A stretch of DNA of 64,000 nt from contig CAWFGE010000012.1 in assembly GCA_963815195.1 (NCBI GenBank), forward strand, positions 192,001 to 256,000. The letters are read 5' to 3'. The stretch is from an uncultured Planctomycetaceae bacterium. GTDB taxonomy: Bacteria > Planctomycetota > Planctomycetia > Planctomycetales > Planctomycetaceae. Positions 31,979 to 42,600 of this stretch are shown here, piece after piece (the first letter of the stretch is position 1; the number at the start of each line of letters is the position of its first letter). The notes beneath the pieces were generated by a model. That model did no database searches. It was not told the DNA's origin and saw nothing but the letters and a program-made list of their open reading frames with translations. A program made the translations under genes and the position numbers.

Positions 31979-32916
31979 TCAAAAGACGCCGCTGATCGTT
32001 TCGTTGCCTGCAATCGATTCCATGGCCCGCAACAAGTTGCGATTGATGTTTTCGCTGATAAAGATGACCCGTGCATCCCCCATCAGCGCGTGACAACCTC
32101 CGACGTGGCGCTGCCCGCTCCCCAGGCATAGGGCCAAGGATTTCCGCCGTACCGTTCGTTAAGGCCGCGACTGTACGGCGTGATGAAATGCGTATGCGTG
32201 TAGGCCTGGAGGAAAGGACCATAGGCCGAATTGTGCTTCTTTTGAGGCGTCTCGATCATCAAGAACGTGTTTGAGGAACCGTCCGTAATGTCCCGGATCG
32301 AAGCCGACTGATTGATTCCAAAGGCCGAGCGGGCGCTCGAAGTGTTATTTCTCCAATGCCGGCCGGCCGACGTGGAGTATTCGGTCGTCTCATGCACAAA
32401 GCCGTAATTCACCCGCGTGTAGTTTCTCGCGGTGTACATATTTTGCGATCCATAGGTATGCGGGTTGTTATAGAGTGGATCGCTGGGGCAATATTGAATT
32501 GGAATGGAAACGTTATCCAACACGCTCTGATAGTTCCCCCCGCCCCGGTTTTGCCAGTCGGCCTTGCCCGTGGCCACGTTAAAGTTGATTTGCTTGTAGA
32601 GCGGCGCCTGATCGACATAAGGGAGCAGAAATAAATACCCTGTGAAATTCCGGATCCCGCCCGTTGGCACAAAATTGGCGGATTGATTGGCGCCGGGATT
32701 CAGGCAGGACGCGGGAAACTGATTGTAGGTGTCATGGTAGTTGAATAGGGCAACCCCCCATTGCTTGAGGTTGTTCTTACAAGAGGACCGCCGGGCCGCT
32801 TCGCGGGCTTGCTGCACCGCCGGGAGCAACAGGGCAATTAAAATGGCGATAATCGCGATCACCACCAACAACTCGATCAACGTAAATCCGCGCTTGAACC
32901 GTTGCTGCCTGTACAT
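31979..32916 (-). CDS. DUF1559 prepilin-type protein (frameshift ~32110)
   Basis: [43 protein letters not shown] and DGSSNT; the alternative frame gives the H-X9-D motif [11 protein letters not shown]...NETISGVF. Confidence 0.9.
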
Positions 32917-33236
32917 AACATCCTCCCAAAAAAGTGCCGAATGACGGGGAATCCCGTCACAGGAAATGAAAATCAATTGGGCATTTGCTGAGGAATTGAA
33001 GGGATCAACTCGGTGAAGATTTCAATGGGCCTCAAGAAGATGATGCAACAAGTATTCCAACGAAGTCTATCGGAAATGGAAATGAGCACTTGAAATGTGA
33101 AAGACTGACCAGAACGGGGAAGAAAAATCCCTGGAAGACAATCTGCTCCGGTCCATTGGAAACTTTTTCAGGTCAAAATGTCAAGGATGAACTGAAGATT
33201 TTTGAATTCCTTCCGTGCGCATGCCTAAACGTTCAT

Positions 33237-33284
33237 CAGCCTTGATGAGCAAATAGGCGGCAGCCTTGGTGAGCAAATAGGCGG
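33237..33284. repeat. 24-bp tandem direct repeat (2 copies)
   Basis: cagccttgatgagcaaataggcgg followed by cagccttggtgagcaaataggcgg. Confidence 0.85.
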
Positions 33285-33339
33285 CGTTTGAGCGGTTGGA
33301 ATCGCGACGCGGGTGGTTCGCAGCACGAGAGTGCGGACT

Positions 33340-33670
33340 CCGTCGAAAATCGGCTTCGCCGGTGCCGCCGGGCGGAACGGTGAACGTCAGACTCGTTGTT
33401 TGGGGATCGCTGATTTCTGGCGGAAGAAGCGGTGCCTCTTCCAGATCTCCTTAGTCAGCGAGCCGCATCGAGCGAATCTGCTCTTCATCCATGCCTTCGA
33501 AGCCGAGATCGATTTCGTGGTCCTGTTCGTTCGGTCTAGGTTTTGTGATATAAACTCTGCAATCTCCCACGGGAGCGCCGCGCACCAGAGTGTAGCGGCC
33601 TTGGTCGTCCGTGCGGCCGTAGCCCTCAAACATCCCGGAGGTGAAGAACAAATGCGGCCCAAACCACCGC
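33340..33670 (-). pseudogene. Truncated/frameshifted paralog of the 31484-31942 lipoprotein
   Basis: EGYGRTDDQGRYTLVRGAPVGDC...EGMDEEQIR, then in another frame PLLPPEISDPQTTSLTFTVPPGGT. The signal peptide/lipobox is missing. Confidence 0.75.
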
Positions 33671-33681
33671 GACTTCTTCGT

Positions 33682-34633
33682 TTAGTATTGCCCCAGCGTT
33701 TCGTTGCCGGCAATCGAGGACAAGTAGCGGAGCATGTTGCGGTTGATATTCTCGCTGATAAAGATCACCCGCGCATCGCCCATCAGGGCATGACAGCCGC
33801 CCACATGATGACTTCCGGCTCCCCAGGCATAGGGCCAAGGATTTCCTTTATACATCTCATTGATCCGGCGGGCGTAGGGGACGATGAAATGCGTATGGGT
33901 GTAGGCCTGCAGGAAGGGACCGTAGAGCCGGCTGGCCTTTTTTTCAGGCGTTTCAATCATCAAAAACGTGTTCGACGGGCCGTCCGTGATGTCTCTGAGA
34001 GACGCCGACTTATTGAATCCGAAAGCCGACCGGTAGCTACGGAGGTTCTTGCTCCAAATCTGGCCCGCATAGTAATCGTACTCGGTGTTTTCATGGACGA
34101 AGCCATAATTCACTCGCGTGAAATACTTGCCCCGATACATTTTGGAACCGCCTGAGTAGCTATTCGGATTCGAGTATTGAGTGTCGCTCGGACAATATTG
34201 AATGGGAATGGAGATATTGTACAACACAGATTGATATCCGCCGCCGCCAAGCCCGCCGCCAGTCAGCGTTTCCCGTTGCGCGATTGAAGTTGATTTTCTT
34301 GTAAAGTGGGGCCTGATCCACATAGGGTAACAGATAAAGATAACCCGTGTGGTTCCGGATTTTCCCGCGAGGAACGAACGAGTTGGAACGATAGGATCCC
34401 GGATTGACTGCCGACGGTGGAAATTGCTTATAGGTGTCGTGATAGTTGTGAAGGGCCAGGCCCCATTGTTTGAGGTTGTTCTTGCAAGACGACCGCCGGG
34501 CGGCTTCCCGGGCTTGTTGGACCGCGGGGAGCAAGAGGGCGATTAAGATGGCGATAATGGCGATGACCACCAACAATTCGATCAACGTAAATCCGCGATA
34601 GCTGCGATGTTTGTGAAACATCTGTGCCTCCAC
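33682..34633 (-). CDS. DUF1559 prepilin-type protein, close paralog of 31979-32916 (frameshift ~34258)
   Basis: [14 protein letters not shown] motif; [14 protein letters not shown] and [10 protein letters not shown] identical to the neighbouring paralog; [12 protein letters not shown]. Confidence 0.9.
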
Positions 34634-34923
34634 AATGGTTATAGAAAGGGCAGTGATATGCGGAGAAGTGGGTTATAAAGGGAGAAAAAACGGATCACCA
34701 TTTTTCCTGCACCTGAATCCAACATGCCTGGCGAGACGTCCAACACCGTCGGAGCAACCAAGCACATCGATAGTGAGCGCGAGGTTTTGGTACGAACCTA
34801 CCAAAACCAGAAATCGAATTGGAGAAAACGAATGAGATCGAATGATCGCTGAGATTCCTTCCAATGGATAAACATATTTTGGCAGGAATCCAATACCCGA
34901 TCGTACAACCGCTCCGCAAATCT

Positions 34924-35595
34924 TCAACCCTCTTTTTTTGCTTTTTTTAAAAATCCGCGAAACTTGGGATTTTCTCGGGGGTTGCAGATTTTCAGGTCTT
35001 TTGGGTCCGCATTGGAGAGAATTTGCGAAACACAGGTGTTCGCTGCGGGTTGCGGTTTCCGGGGCTTTCCCTCGGCCACCGTTTGAATCGAGCTCGATTG
35101 GACCCGCTCCACATACCACGCAAACAGCGTGCAAAAGGCGGGGGAGAACTCTTGGGGGCTTTGGTTTAGCATCGCGGCGATTTCGGCGAGCGGATAATAA
35201 TCGCCGCTTTCGATTTCTTCGGGATCGAAGGTTGGGGGGTCGTCGGTGACGGCATGATAGAGGACGGTGTGCTCGTAAGCCGTTTCGGGGCCGGCGGGGA
35301 ATTTGTGGAGGAAGGTCAGCGGGGCGGACAGGCCGATTTCTTCCCGCATCTCGCGCGGGGCACACTCGTCGTAGGTTTCGCCCGCGCTCAAATGGCCCGA
35401 GGCCGACGAGGTGTAGCATCGCGGGTATTCATCCTTCGCCGCGCTTCGGCGGTGGATCAAGAGTTCGCCCTTCGAGTTGAACACGAAGATGTGCACCGCG
35501 CGGTGCAGCAGCTTTTTCGCGTGGACTTCCGACCGCGGCGCCTGGCCGATGACTTGATCGTGCTCGTCGACGACATCGAAGATTTCTTGTGGCAT
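34924..35595 (-). CDS. NUDIX hydrolase (Idi/YfcD-like); C-terminal boundary uncertain
   Basis: FDVVDEHDQVIG, LHRAVHIFVFN and Nudix box GHLSAGETYDECAPREMREEIG. Confidence 0.85.
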   Translation of the reverse strand: MPQEIFDVVDEHDQVIGQAPRSEVHAKKLLHRAVHIFVFNSKGELLIHRRSAAKDEYPRCYTSSASGHLSAGETYDECAPREMREEIGLSAPLTFLHKFPAGPETAYEHTVLYHAVTDDPPTFDPEEIESGDYYPLAEIAAMLNQSPQEFSPAFCTLFAWYVERVQSSSIQTVAEGKPRKPQPAANTCVSQILSNADPKDLKICNPRENPKFRGFLKKAKKEG

Positions 35596-35669
35596 CACAT
35601 TCACAAATTCGGAAAGGAAACGGTTTGGCCTTCGTCGAAGATCATGGGACTTACGCCCCACGCTCGCCT

Positions 35670-36386
35670 TTAGCCGCTGATGAGGGCTTTCATTTCGCTG
35701 ACGGCTTGCTCCATGCCGACCATCACGGCGCGGGCGACGATGCTGTGGCCGATGTTGAGTTCCATCACGTCGGGGATGTCGGCGATGGGCTGGACGTTTC
35801 TGTAAGTCAATCCGTGGCCCATGTGCAGGAGCAGGCCCTGCTCGAAGGCGATGCTGCCGGCTTCGGTGAGCCGTTCGTGTTCGTGTTCCTGCTCATCGTG
35901 GGACGAGGCGTCGGCGTAGTTGCCGGTGTGCAGTTCGACGGCGTCGGCTCCCAGGCGGGCGGCGGCTTCGATCTGGGCGCGGTCCGGGTCGATGAACAGG
36001 CTGACCTCGATGCCCGCCTCGCTCAAGCGGGCGATGCACTCGCGGACGCGGTCTTCGTGGGCCAGGAGATCGAGGCCGCCTTCGGTGGTCAGTTCCTCGC
36101 GTTTTTCGGGAACCAGGGTCGCCTGGTCGGGCCGGACGTCGAGGGCGATCTTGAGGATTTCTTCGGACGTGGCCATTTCCAGGTTGAGTTTGACGTGCAC
36201 GGTTTGCTTGAGGAGATACACATCGCGGTCCTGGATGTGCCGGCGGTCTTCGCGGAGGTGGATCGTGATGCCGTCCGCCCCGCCGAGCTCGGCCTGGACG
36301 GCGGCCCACACGGGGTCCGGCTCGTAAGTCCGCCGGGCTTGGCGGACGGTGGCCACGTGATCGATATTCACACCCAAGAGCGGCAT
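35670..36386 (-). CDS. pdxJ: Pyridoxine 5'-phosphate synthase
   Basis: [38 protein letters not shown] and ELNIGH motifs. Confidence 0.97.
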   Translation of the reverse strand: MPLLGVNIDHVATVRQARRTYEPDPVWAAVQAELGGADGITIHLREDRRHIQDRDVYLLKQTVHVKLNLEMATSEEILKIALDVRPDQATLVPEKREELTTEGGLDLLAHEDRVRECIARLSEAGIEVSLFIDPDRAQIEAAARLGADAVELHTGNYADASSHDEQEHEHERLTEAGSIAFEQGLLLHMGHGLTYRNVQPIADIPDVMELNIGHSIVARAVMVGMEQAVSEMKALISG

Positions 36387-36482
36387 CGCGGGTTCTCCCT
36401 CAAAAATGTGCAGGATCTTTCGCCTGAGATTGCTTATAATTCTCCCAGAACCAGTGGGCAACGTGGCAGGGCAAAGTTCATT

Positions 36483-36557
36483 GAGCGGCCCGGCGCTAGC
36501 CGCCGGTCTTTGTTGTCGCGTTTCCATTGAAAAGACCGGGGGCTAGCGCCGTTCCGC
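36483..36557. repeat. REP doublet of the GCGCTAGCC family
   Basis: ggcgctagccgccggtcttt ... aaagaccgggggctagcgcc; related units near 6913, 39543, 51223 and 53109-53193. Confidence 0.75.
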
Positions 36558-36571
36558 ACACAAGAGGCATC

Positions 36572-36796
36572 ATGCCACCTAAGGATCAGATTTTCATCGG
36601 GGCCGCGACGGCGGGATTGTGCCTGATTGGACTGGCCAAGAGCCGCTGGGTTCTCGACAATACCAAAAAAGGGGCCCGCCTGATCGGTTGGTTCGGGGCG
36701 AAGCGGGCGATTTGGGTGCTGCGGGGGTTGTTTTTGTTGGGGGCCGCGTTCGGGATTTTGTTGGCGGCGAACGTCATAAAACCGTTACAATGGTAG
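36572..36796 (+). CDS. Small two-TM membrane protein
   Basis: ATG after GAGG; two hydrophobic segments. Confidence 0.7.
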   Translation: MPPKDQIFIGAATAGLCLIGLAKSRWVLDNTKKGARLIGWFGAKRAIWVLRGLFLLGAAFGILLAANVIKPLQW

Positions 36797-37117
36797 CGAT
36801 TGGCGGGACAGGCCGCCGCGACGGACCGATCCATATCGGAAATTCCGCCGGGGAGGACAGGCGAATTTCCGAAAAAACCGATTTTTTGCGAACGAGCCGG
36901 GCGAAAAAGTGATCTCAGAGAGGAACCACTCCATTTTGACGGGGGGAGTTTTCCGACTTTCCCCCCCGAAACCTTTCAGAGATCGTTTTGGGAACGTACG
37001 CTTTCCATGGGTACCCGCTCGGTTTTATTGAAACGTACGGTGGACTTCCCTTCCTCCGAAGGGGAAGGAGTCGAGCGTATCCCGTCGGTTCTCACTCCCA
37101 TCGATTGCCAAATCATT

Positions 37118-39461
37118 ATGAGCACGGTTCCCGATTCGCTGAGCCAACTTGTGGAAATGGGCCTCCTGACGGAAGACGACCTCAGCATCTGCGGCGAAGT
37201 CTCGAAGCCCGAAGACGCCTCGGTCGATCACCTGATCGATTTGCTTGTGGAGCGGCGGCGGCTGACGAAATACCAGGCCGACGTGATCTCGGGCCGGCGG
37301 CCGGGCATGCTGGTGATGGGCGAATACATCATCCTCGAACGCCTGGGGGCGGGGGGGATGGGCGTGGTGTATAAAGCCTACCACCGCCGGATGCACCGGG
37401 AAGTCGCGATCAAGGTGCTGTTGGAATCGGGGATTCAATCGGAAGACAAGATCGAGCGGTTCCGCCGGGAGGCGATCGCGGCCGCCCGGATGAATCACCC
37501 GAACATCGTCACGGCCTACGATGCCAACGAGCACGAAGGCATCCCGTACCTGGTGATGGAATATGTCAAGGGCCGCGACTTGGGGTCGCTGGTCAAAAAG
37601 GGCGACAAGCTGTCGGTGCCCGAAGCGGTGAACTACATGCTGCAAACCGCGCGGGGCATGGAGTATGCCCACAGCCGGCACATCATCCACCGCGACCTCA
37701 AGCCTTCGAACCTGCTATTGGCATCGCCGGACGATTCGGACATCCGGCCGGGACAATATTCCCGCGTGAAGATCCTGGACATGGGCCTCGCGAGGCTCAC
37801 ACAGCCGCAGGGCGACCTGGTTTCGCCCGCCTTGGAAGGCAGCGATCTGTCGGCGACGGGGATGCTCATGGGCACCGTGGACTACATGGCCCCCGAGCAG
37901 GCGATGGACACCAAGCGGGCGGACCACCGCTCGGACATCTACAGCCTGGGCTGCACGCTGTATTACCTGCTGACCAAAAAGCCCGTCTATACCGGGGCGA
38001 ACCTGCTCGAGCGGATCTCCGCCCATCTGAAAGCGCCGATCCCTTCACTCAAGGAAGCCCGCCCGGACGCCCCGGACGAACTCGACGAAGTCTTCCAGAA
38101 GATGGTCGCCAAGAAGCCCCGCGAGCGCTATCAATCGATGACGGAAGTCGCCGACGCCCTCCAAAAAGTCGACCGCCAACTCAGCGGACCCAACGCCAAC
38201 CAAGGCCTCTGGGACAGCGGCAGCTTTTCTGGGAGCGGCCAGATTCAACTGCCCGGCTCCTCTTACGGCGGATCGCAGCCCGGTTCGGATTCCCACGGCT
38301 CCGCTCCCACGATCGCTTCCGGTTCCGGCCCGTTCGCCGGGGCGCCGGGTTCCTCCTTCGGCAGCACCGCGTATGACGACGGGTTTTCCACCGGCACGGC
38401 GACGGGCAGCGTCCCCGCCACGGGCATGCCGCTCGTGCAGAAGCTGATCATGGTCGTGCTTATGGGGTTGATGGCCGGTGCCCTGGTGGCGATCGTCGCC
38501 AAACTCAAAAACCGCACCACCGAAGTGGTGGAGATGCCGCCCGCTAAGCCGCCGGCCCCCTATCTGCCGGCGAACTTTGTCACGTTGCCCGATTCCCAGA
38601 TCATCCAGGTGAAAGACCAGGGCAGTGTGCACCGGTATTACAGCGTGATCGCCTTGGACCTAAGGAAGTTATTGCAGGTCAAGGCCCTTCCGCCCCGCGC
38701 CGCGATCGCCCAGAACGCCAGCGGACCCGCGATCGCCGAGAAACTGTTGGCCGCCGATCCGTACGTGCGGTTCCGGCTGGTCGTTCCGGGCGAGGGGCAG
38801 CAACTCCGGCCGTTTTACATGATGGAAACCAAGGTCTGGAACGACCTGTTCCGCGTGTTCGCCCAGGCGCACCCCGAACGGCTTGATCCGGAAACCAGGT
38901 GGACGCAAACAGCCGACGGCCGGCTGCCGGTGTATTTTGTGAGCGTCAAAGAAGCGGACCGCTTCGCCCGCTGGATCGGCGGCCGTTTGCCTTCGGGCGA
39001 TCAATGGGACACCGCGGCGGGGTTCTATCTCGCCGAGGAAGACCGCGGCGAGGGACCGTTCGTCTCCCGGCAAAACGGCATGCCCAACGTCGCGGTTCAC
39101 GGCGGCCCCGTGCGCGGTGGATTTCCCCAGCGACGATGTCAGCCCGCTCGGGATCAAACACATGGCAGGCAACGGCCGCGAGTTCACGCGCAGCATGATC
39201 AAGGGCAGTGAACTTCAAGAGGACACGGAGTTCACGGCCATCGCCGACGGCGTCTTTTTACGAGGCTGGAGCTTTGAGGACCTTAATGAGCTCCCCTTGT
39301 CGTACGACGACATGCAAAGAAATGGCAAAAACGTCCATCCGGACGCGTGGGGGATCGATTTCAAATCCACGTCCGACACGTCGTTCCGCGTCGTGGTGGA
39401 GATCCCCCAAGCTTCCAAAACCAAAACCCAGACCAAAAAACCTCCGCAAGAGAAAAAGTGA
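37118..39461 (+). CDS. Ser/Thr kinase - TM - FGE-sulfatase (SUMF1-like) domain protein; frameshift ~39107
   Basis: GAGGMG, HRDLKPSN, DMGLA, GTVDYMAPE; TM LIMVVLMGLMAGALVAIV; FYMMETKVWN and GRLPS..W. The alternative frame gives SPLGIKHMAGNGREF...LRG...SFRVV. Confidence 0.85.
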
Positions 39462-39663
39462 TTCGGCTCGGCCGGTCGTTCGGCTGTTTGAGCCCCTCAC
39501 TTCTGCACTCTTCGATTTGACTTAGACATAAGCCTGAAAAATGAGCGGCTGGGCGCTAGCCGCCGGCCCGCGTAAGTGTGCGTGCTCTATCCTCGGCCGG
39601 CGGCTACGCGCCGTGCCGCTCACATCAATCCCACTTATGGGACAGTCTCTCAGGACCGTGACG

Positions 39664-42600
39664 ATGACCGCTCGACTCAGAATCACCATTGCCGCTTGGG
39701 TTGTTCTCACCGCTTCCGCCTTGCCCGCCCAGCCCAAACCGCCCGCGCAAGACAATAACCCGCAGCCCATTTTGCGGCTCGACGCCAAGGGGCCGGTGTC
39801 CGACGTGACGGCGCTCGCGTTCTCGCCCGACGGCAACACGCTCTACGGCGGGGGCTGGGACAAGGTGGTCTATGTCTGGAACAAGAACAAGGATGGCGGC
39901 TGGGACTTCGTCCGCGAACGGGCCCTGCGAATCCCGATCGGTCCCGGCACGTCGGGGGTCGTCAATGCGATGGCGGTGTCTTCGGACGGCCAGTACCTCG
40001 CGGTCGCCGGGAATGCCGTGGGTTCGCACATCGCCGGCTTTCGCGAAGGCGGCCTGGTCTGGCCGTCTTCGGCGCAATCGGTCGAGCAGCGGAAGCAACT
40101 CGGCACGATTTACGTGTTCCACCTCGAGAACGCCCAACAACCCAAAGTCATCCAGCTCAGCGGGCACATCGGCCCGGTTCTGGCGTTGTCGTTTGCCGAG
40201 TCCAAACCGGGCGTCGATCCGATGCTCGTCTCCGCCGGCGAGGATTACGACGACCAGACCACGAAACAGCGCGGGGCCGTGCGGGTGTGGAATCTCAATC
40301 AGCCTGCGGGCCCCATCGCGGAACGGCTGGACCTGCCCGCCCCCACGGAGATGAAAAATGTTCCCCGCACACTGGCGGCGATTCGCACGGGAAACGCTCC
40401 CCATTCGCTGCTGGTGGGCATCGCCTGGGGAGATGATGTGCTCCGCGTGTGGGACGTGGCTCAAAACGAATTGGCCAATCCCCCCAACGGCGGCTCGATG
40501 GCCTGCGCGACCGTCAACAATCAATTCCTGCTGGCCGGCGGCTGGCGCGCGGGCAACAACGGCCAGGGTGTTTGGCAGCTTGGCCTGTGGAGACCGCCCT
40601 TCACAAAAACCAGCACGCCCTTCAAAGCCCAAAGCCCCTTCACGGGCAACAACATGCCCTTCGGCCTCGCCGTCGCCGCGAAAGATCAAAGCAAAGCTCT
40701 CGCCATTTATATCGAACCCAACGGCGATGCGAAGCTTCAAAAAATCGGTTTCTTTCTTGCCGATGGCAATACCTTGAACCGCACCTCGCAGGATGTCCTC
40801 TTCGGCGGCGGCGGAAAATGGCCCGCGTATGCCATCAGCCCGCAGGCCGACTTTGTCGCGGTCGCGGGCAATCATCAGACCACCGGCATTCAGATCTACA
40901 AAACCAATCAGCTTCAACAAGCCAACCCCCCGGTCGCCCAACTCCTCAAAGGCTTCGGCGAAGAGCTTCCGCGGGTCCGGTTTTATCGCAAAGGCGAAGC
41001 CTTGGGTTTGGCCCTCAATCGCGATCTCGCGACCCCGAAAGATGGAAAACCCGATCTGATGTTCGACCTCGACAAAGCCGAAACCCTCGCCGATGTCACC
41101 GGCTGGCAGCCCGCGCCGGGTTCCGACAAGTCAAACTTCACGATCACTCCAGGCGAGGCGGGCGACCGGAAGACGGTGCAGATCAAATTCAACGACGGCA
41201 AAACCGCCCAGATCACCCTGCCCGAAAATCAAACGCCGAAGCGGTTTGCCCGCGGCCCGAAAACCGACAATCACCCGCCGCTGGTCGCGCTGATTATCGA
41301 AAGCAGCGCGTTCGCGGATCCGATGCTCAACATTTATAACGCCGAGACGGGCGACCGCCTCCGCTGGCTCGTCGGGCACACCGGTCAGATCACCGACATC
41401 GCGTTTTCCGACGACGGCAAACTGCTCGCCTCCGCCAGCCGGGACCGCACCGTGCGGGTGTGGTGGATGGAGGACCTGGGCAAAATCCTCGGCAAGCGCG
41501 GGCTTTTGAAGGAACTCAATCTTTCCGACAAAGGCGACAGGGCGGTCGTTCAGAAAATCGGCGGCCAGGCCCAAGCCGCGCTGAAGGCGAACCTCCAAGT
41601 CGGCGACGTGGTCCAAGGCGTCCTCAAGCAGAATGGCGAACTCGCCCCCACGCCCAAGGCCAAAGACTTTTACGCCTTCGTCTCCACCAAAAAACCGGAC
41701 AATAACATCACCCTGCAAATTCAGCGCGGGAACCAGACCCTCAAACCCGAGGTCAAGGTCGAGCAAGCCGTCGACGAGCGAAAGCCGCTGTTCACGCTGT
41801 TCTTCAATGAAGACAAACCGGCTCAAAAATGGTCGTGGCTCAGTTGGACGCCCACGGGACCTTTTGATTCCAGCGATCAAGAGGTCGAGCAATACGTGGG
41901 CTGGCACTTTAACACGAAGCAGGAAAACCAGCCGGCGACGTTCGCGGAGATCGGCCAATATCGCCAGCAAAACTGGGGCAAAGGGCTCCTGAAAACCCTG
42001 ATCGGAACCGGCGCGGTGCCGCTGGTCTGGCCCCCGATGCCGGAACCGCAAATGTCCTTGAAGTTCCGCGAAGGCGACGATCCGTTGCTGCGAGTCGACA
42101 CCGAACGCAACGTCCGCGTGCGGACCAAGGATGTCAAAGCCTATCTGGATCTGTCCAGCTTTCCATTGGATAAAATCGACCGCGAGAACCTGGTTTGGCA
42201 GGTGGACGGCGGCGAGGCGAAGCCTTTGGTTCCGCACGAATCGCTCCGGGGCACCTACGAGGCCCCCTTGTCGGACTTTGATTGGAAGCCCAAACCGCAA
42301 TTGACTCCCCACCGCATTACGGTGTCGCTGAAGACCAAGACCCCGGACGCGGAGCAGTTCGTCGTCGAGCAGAACGTCGTGTACGATCCGCAAGCGCCGC
42401 CTCCCCCACCACCGGGCGGCGCCTACGAAGAGCCGCTGCCCAAGAGCGAGCTGCCCGCCCCGGCGATCACGAGCCCCGCTTCGCGGACCGTGCTCTTTCA
42501 GGGCCCCCATCCCAAAGAAACCTCCATCGCGGTCGAACTCACGCCGAGCCAGGCCCGGACCCTCGCGGGGAAAATGACCTTCCAACTCAACGGCAATACG

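Noticed and set aside
33237..33284. Possible mini CRISPR array
   Set aside because: Only two adjacent repeats, no spacer, no cas genes.
34924..35090. Extra C-terminal domain on the NUDIX protein
   Set aside because: Low-complexity tail running into AT-rich intergenic-like DNA; probably read-through from an indel or a non-conserved tail.
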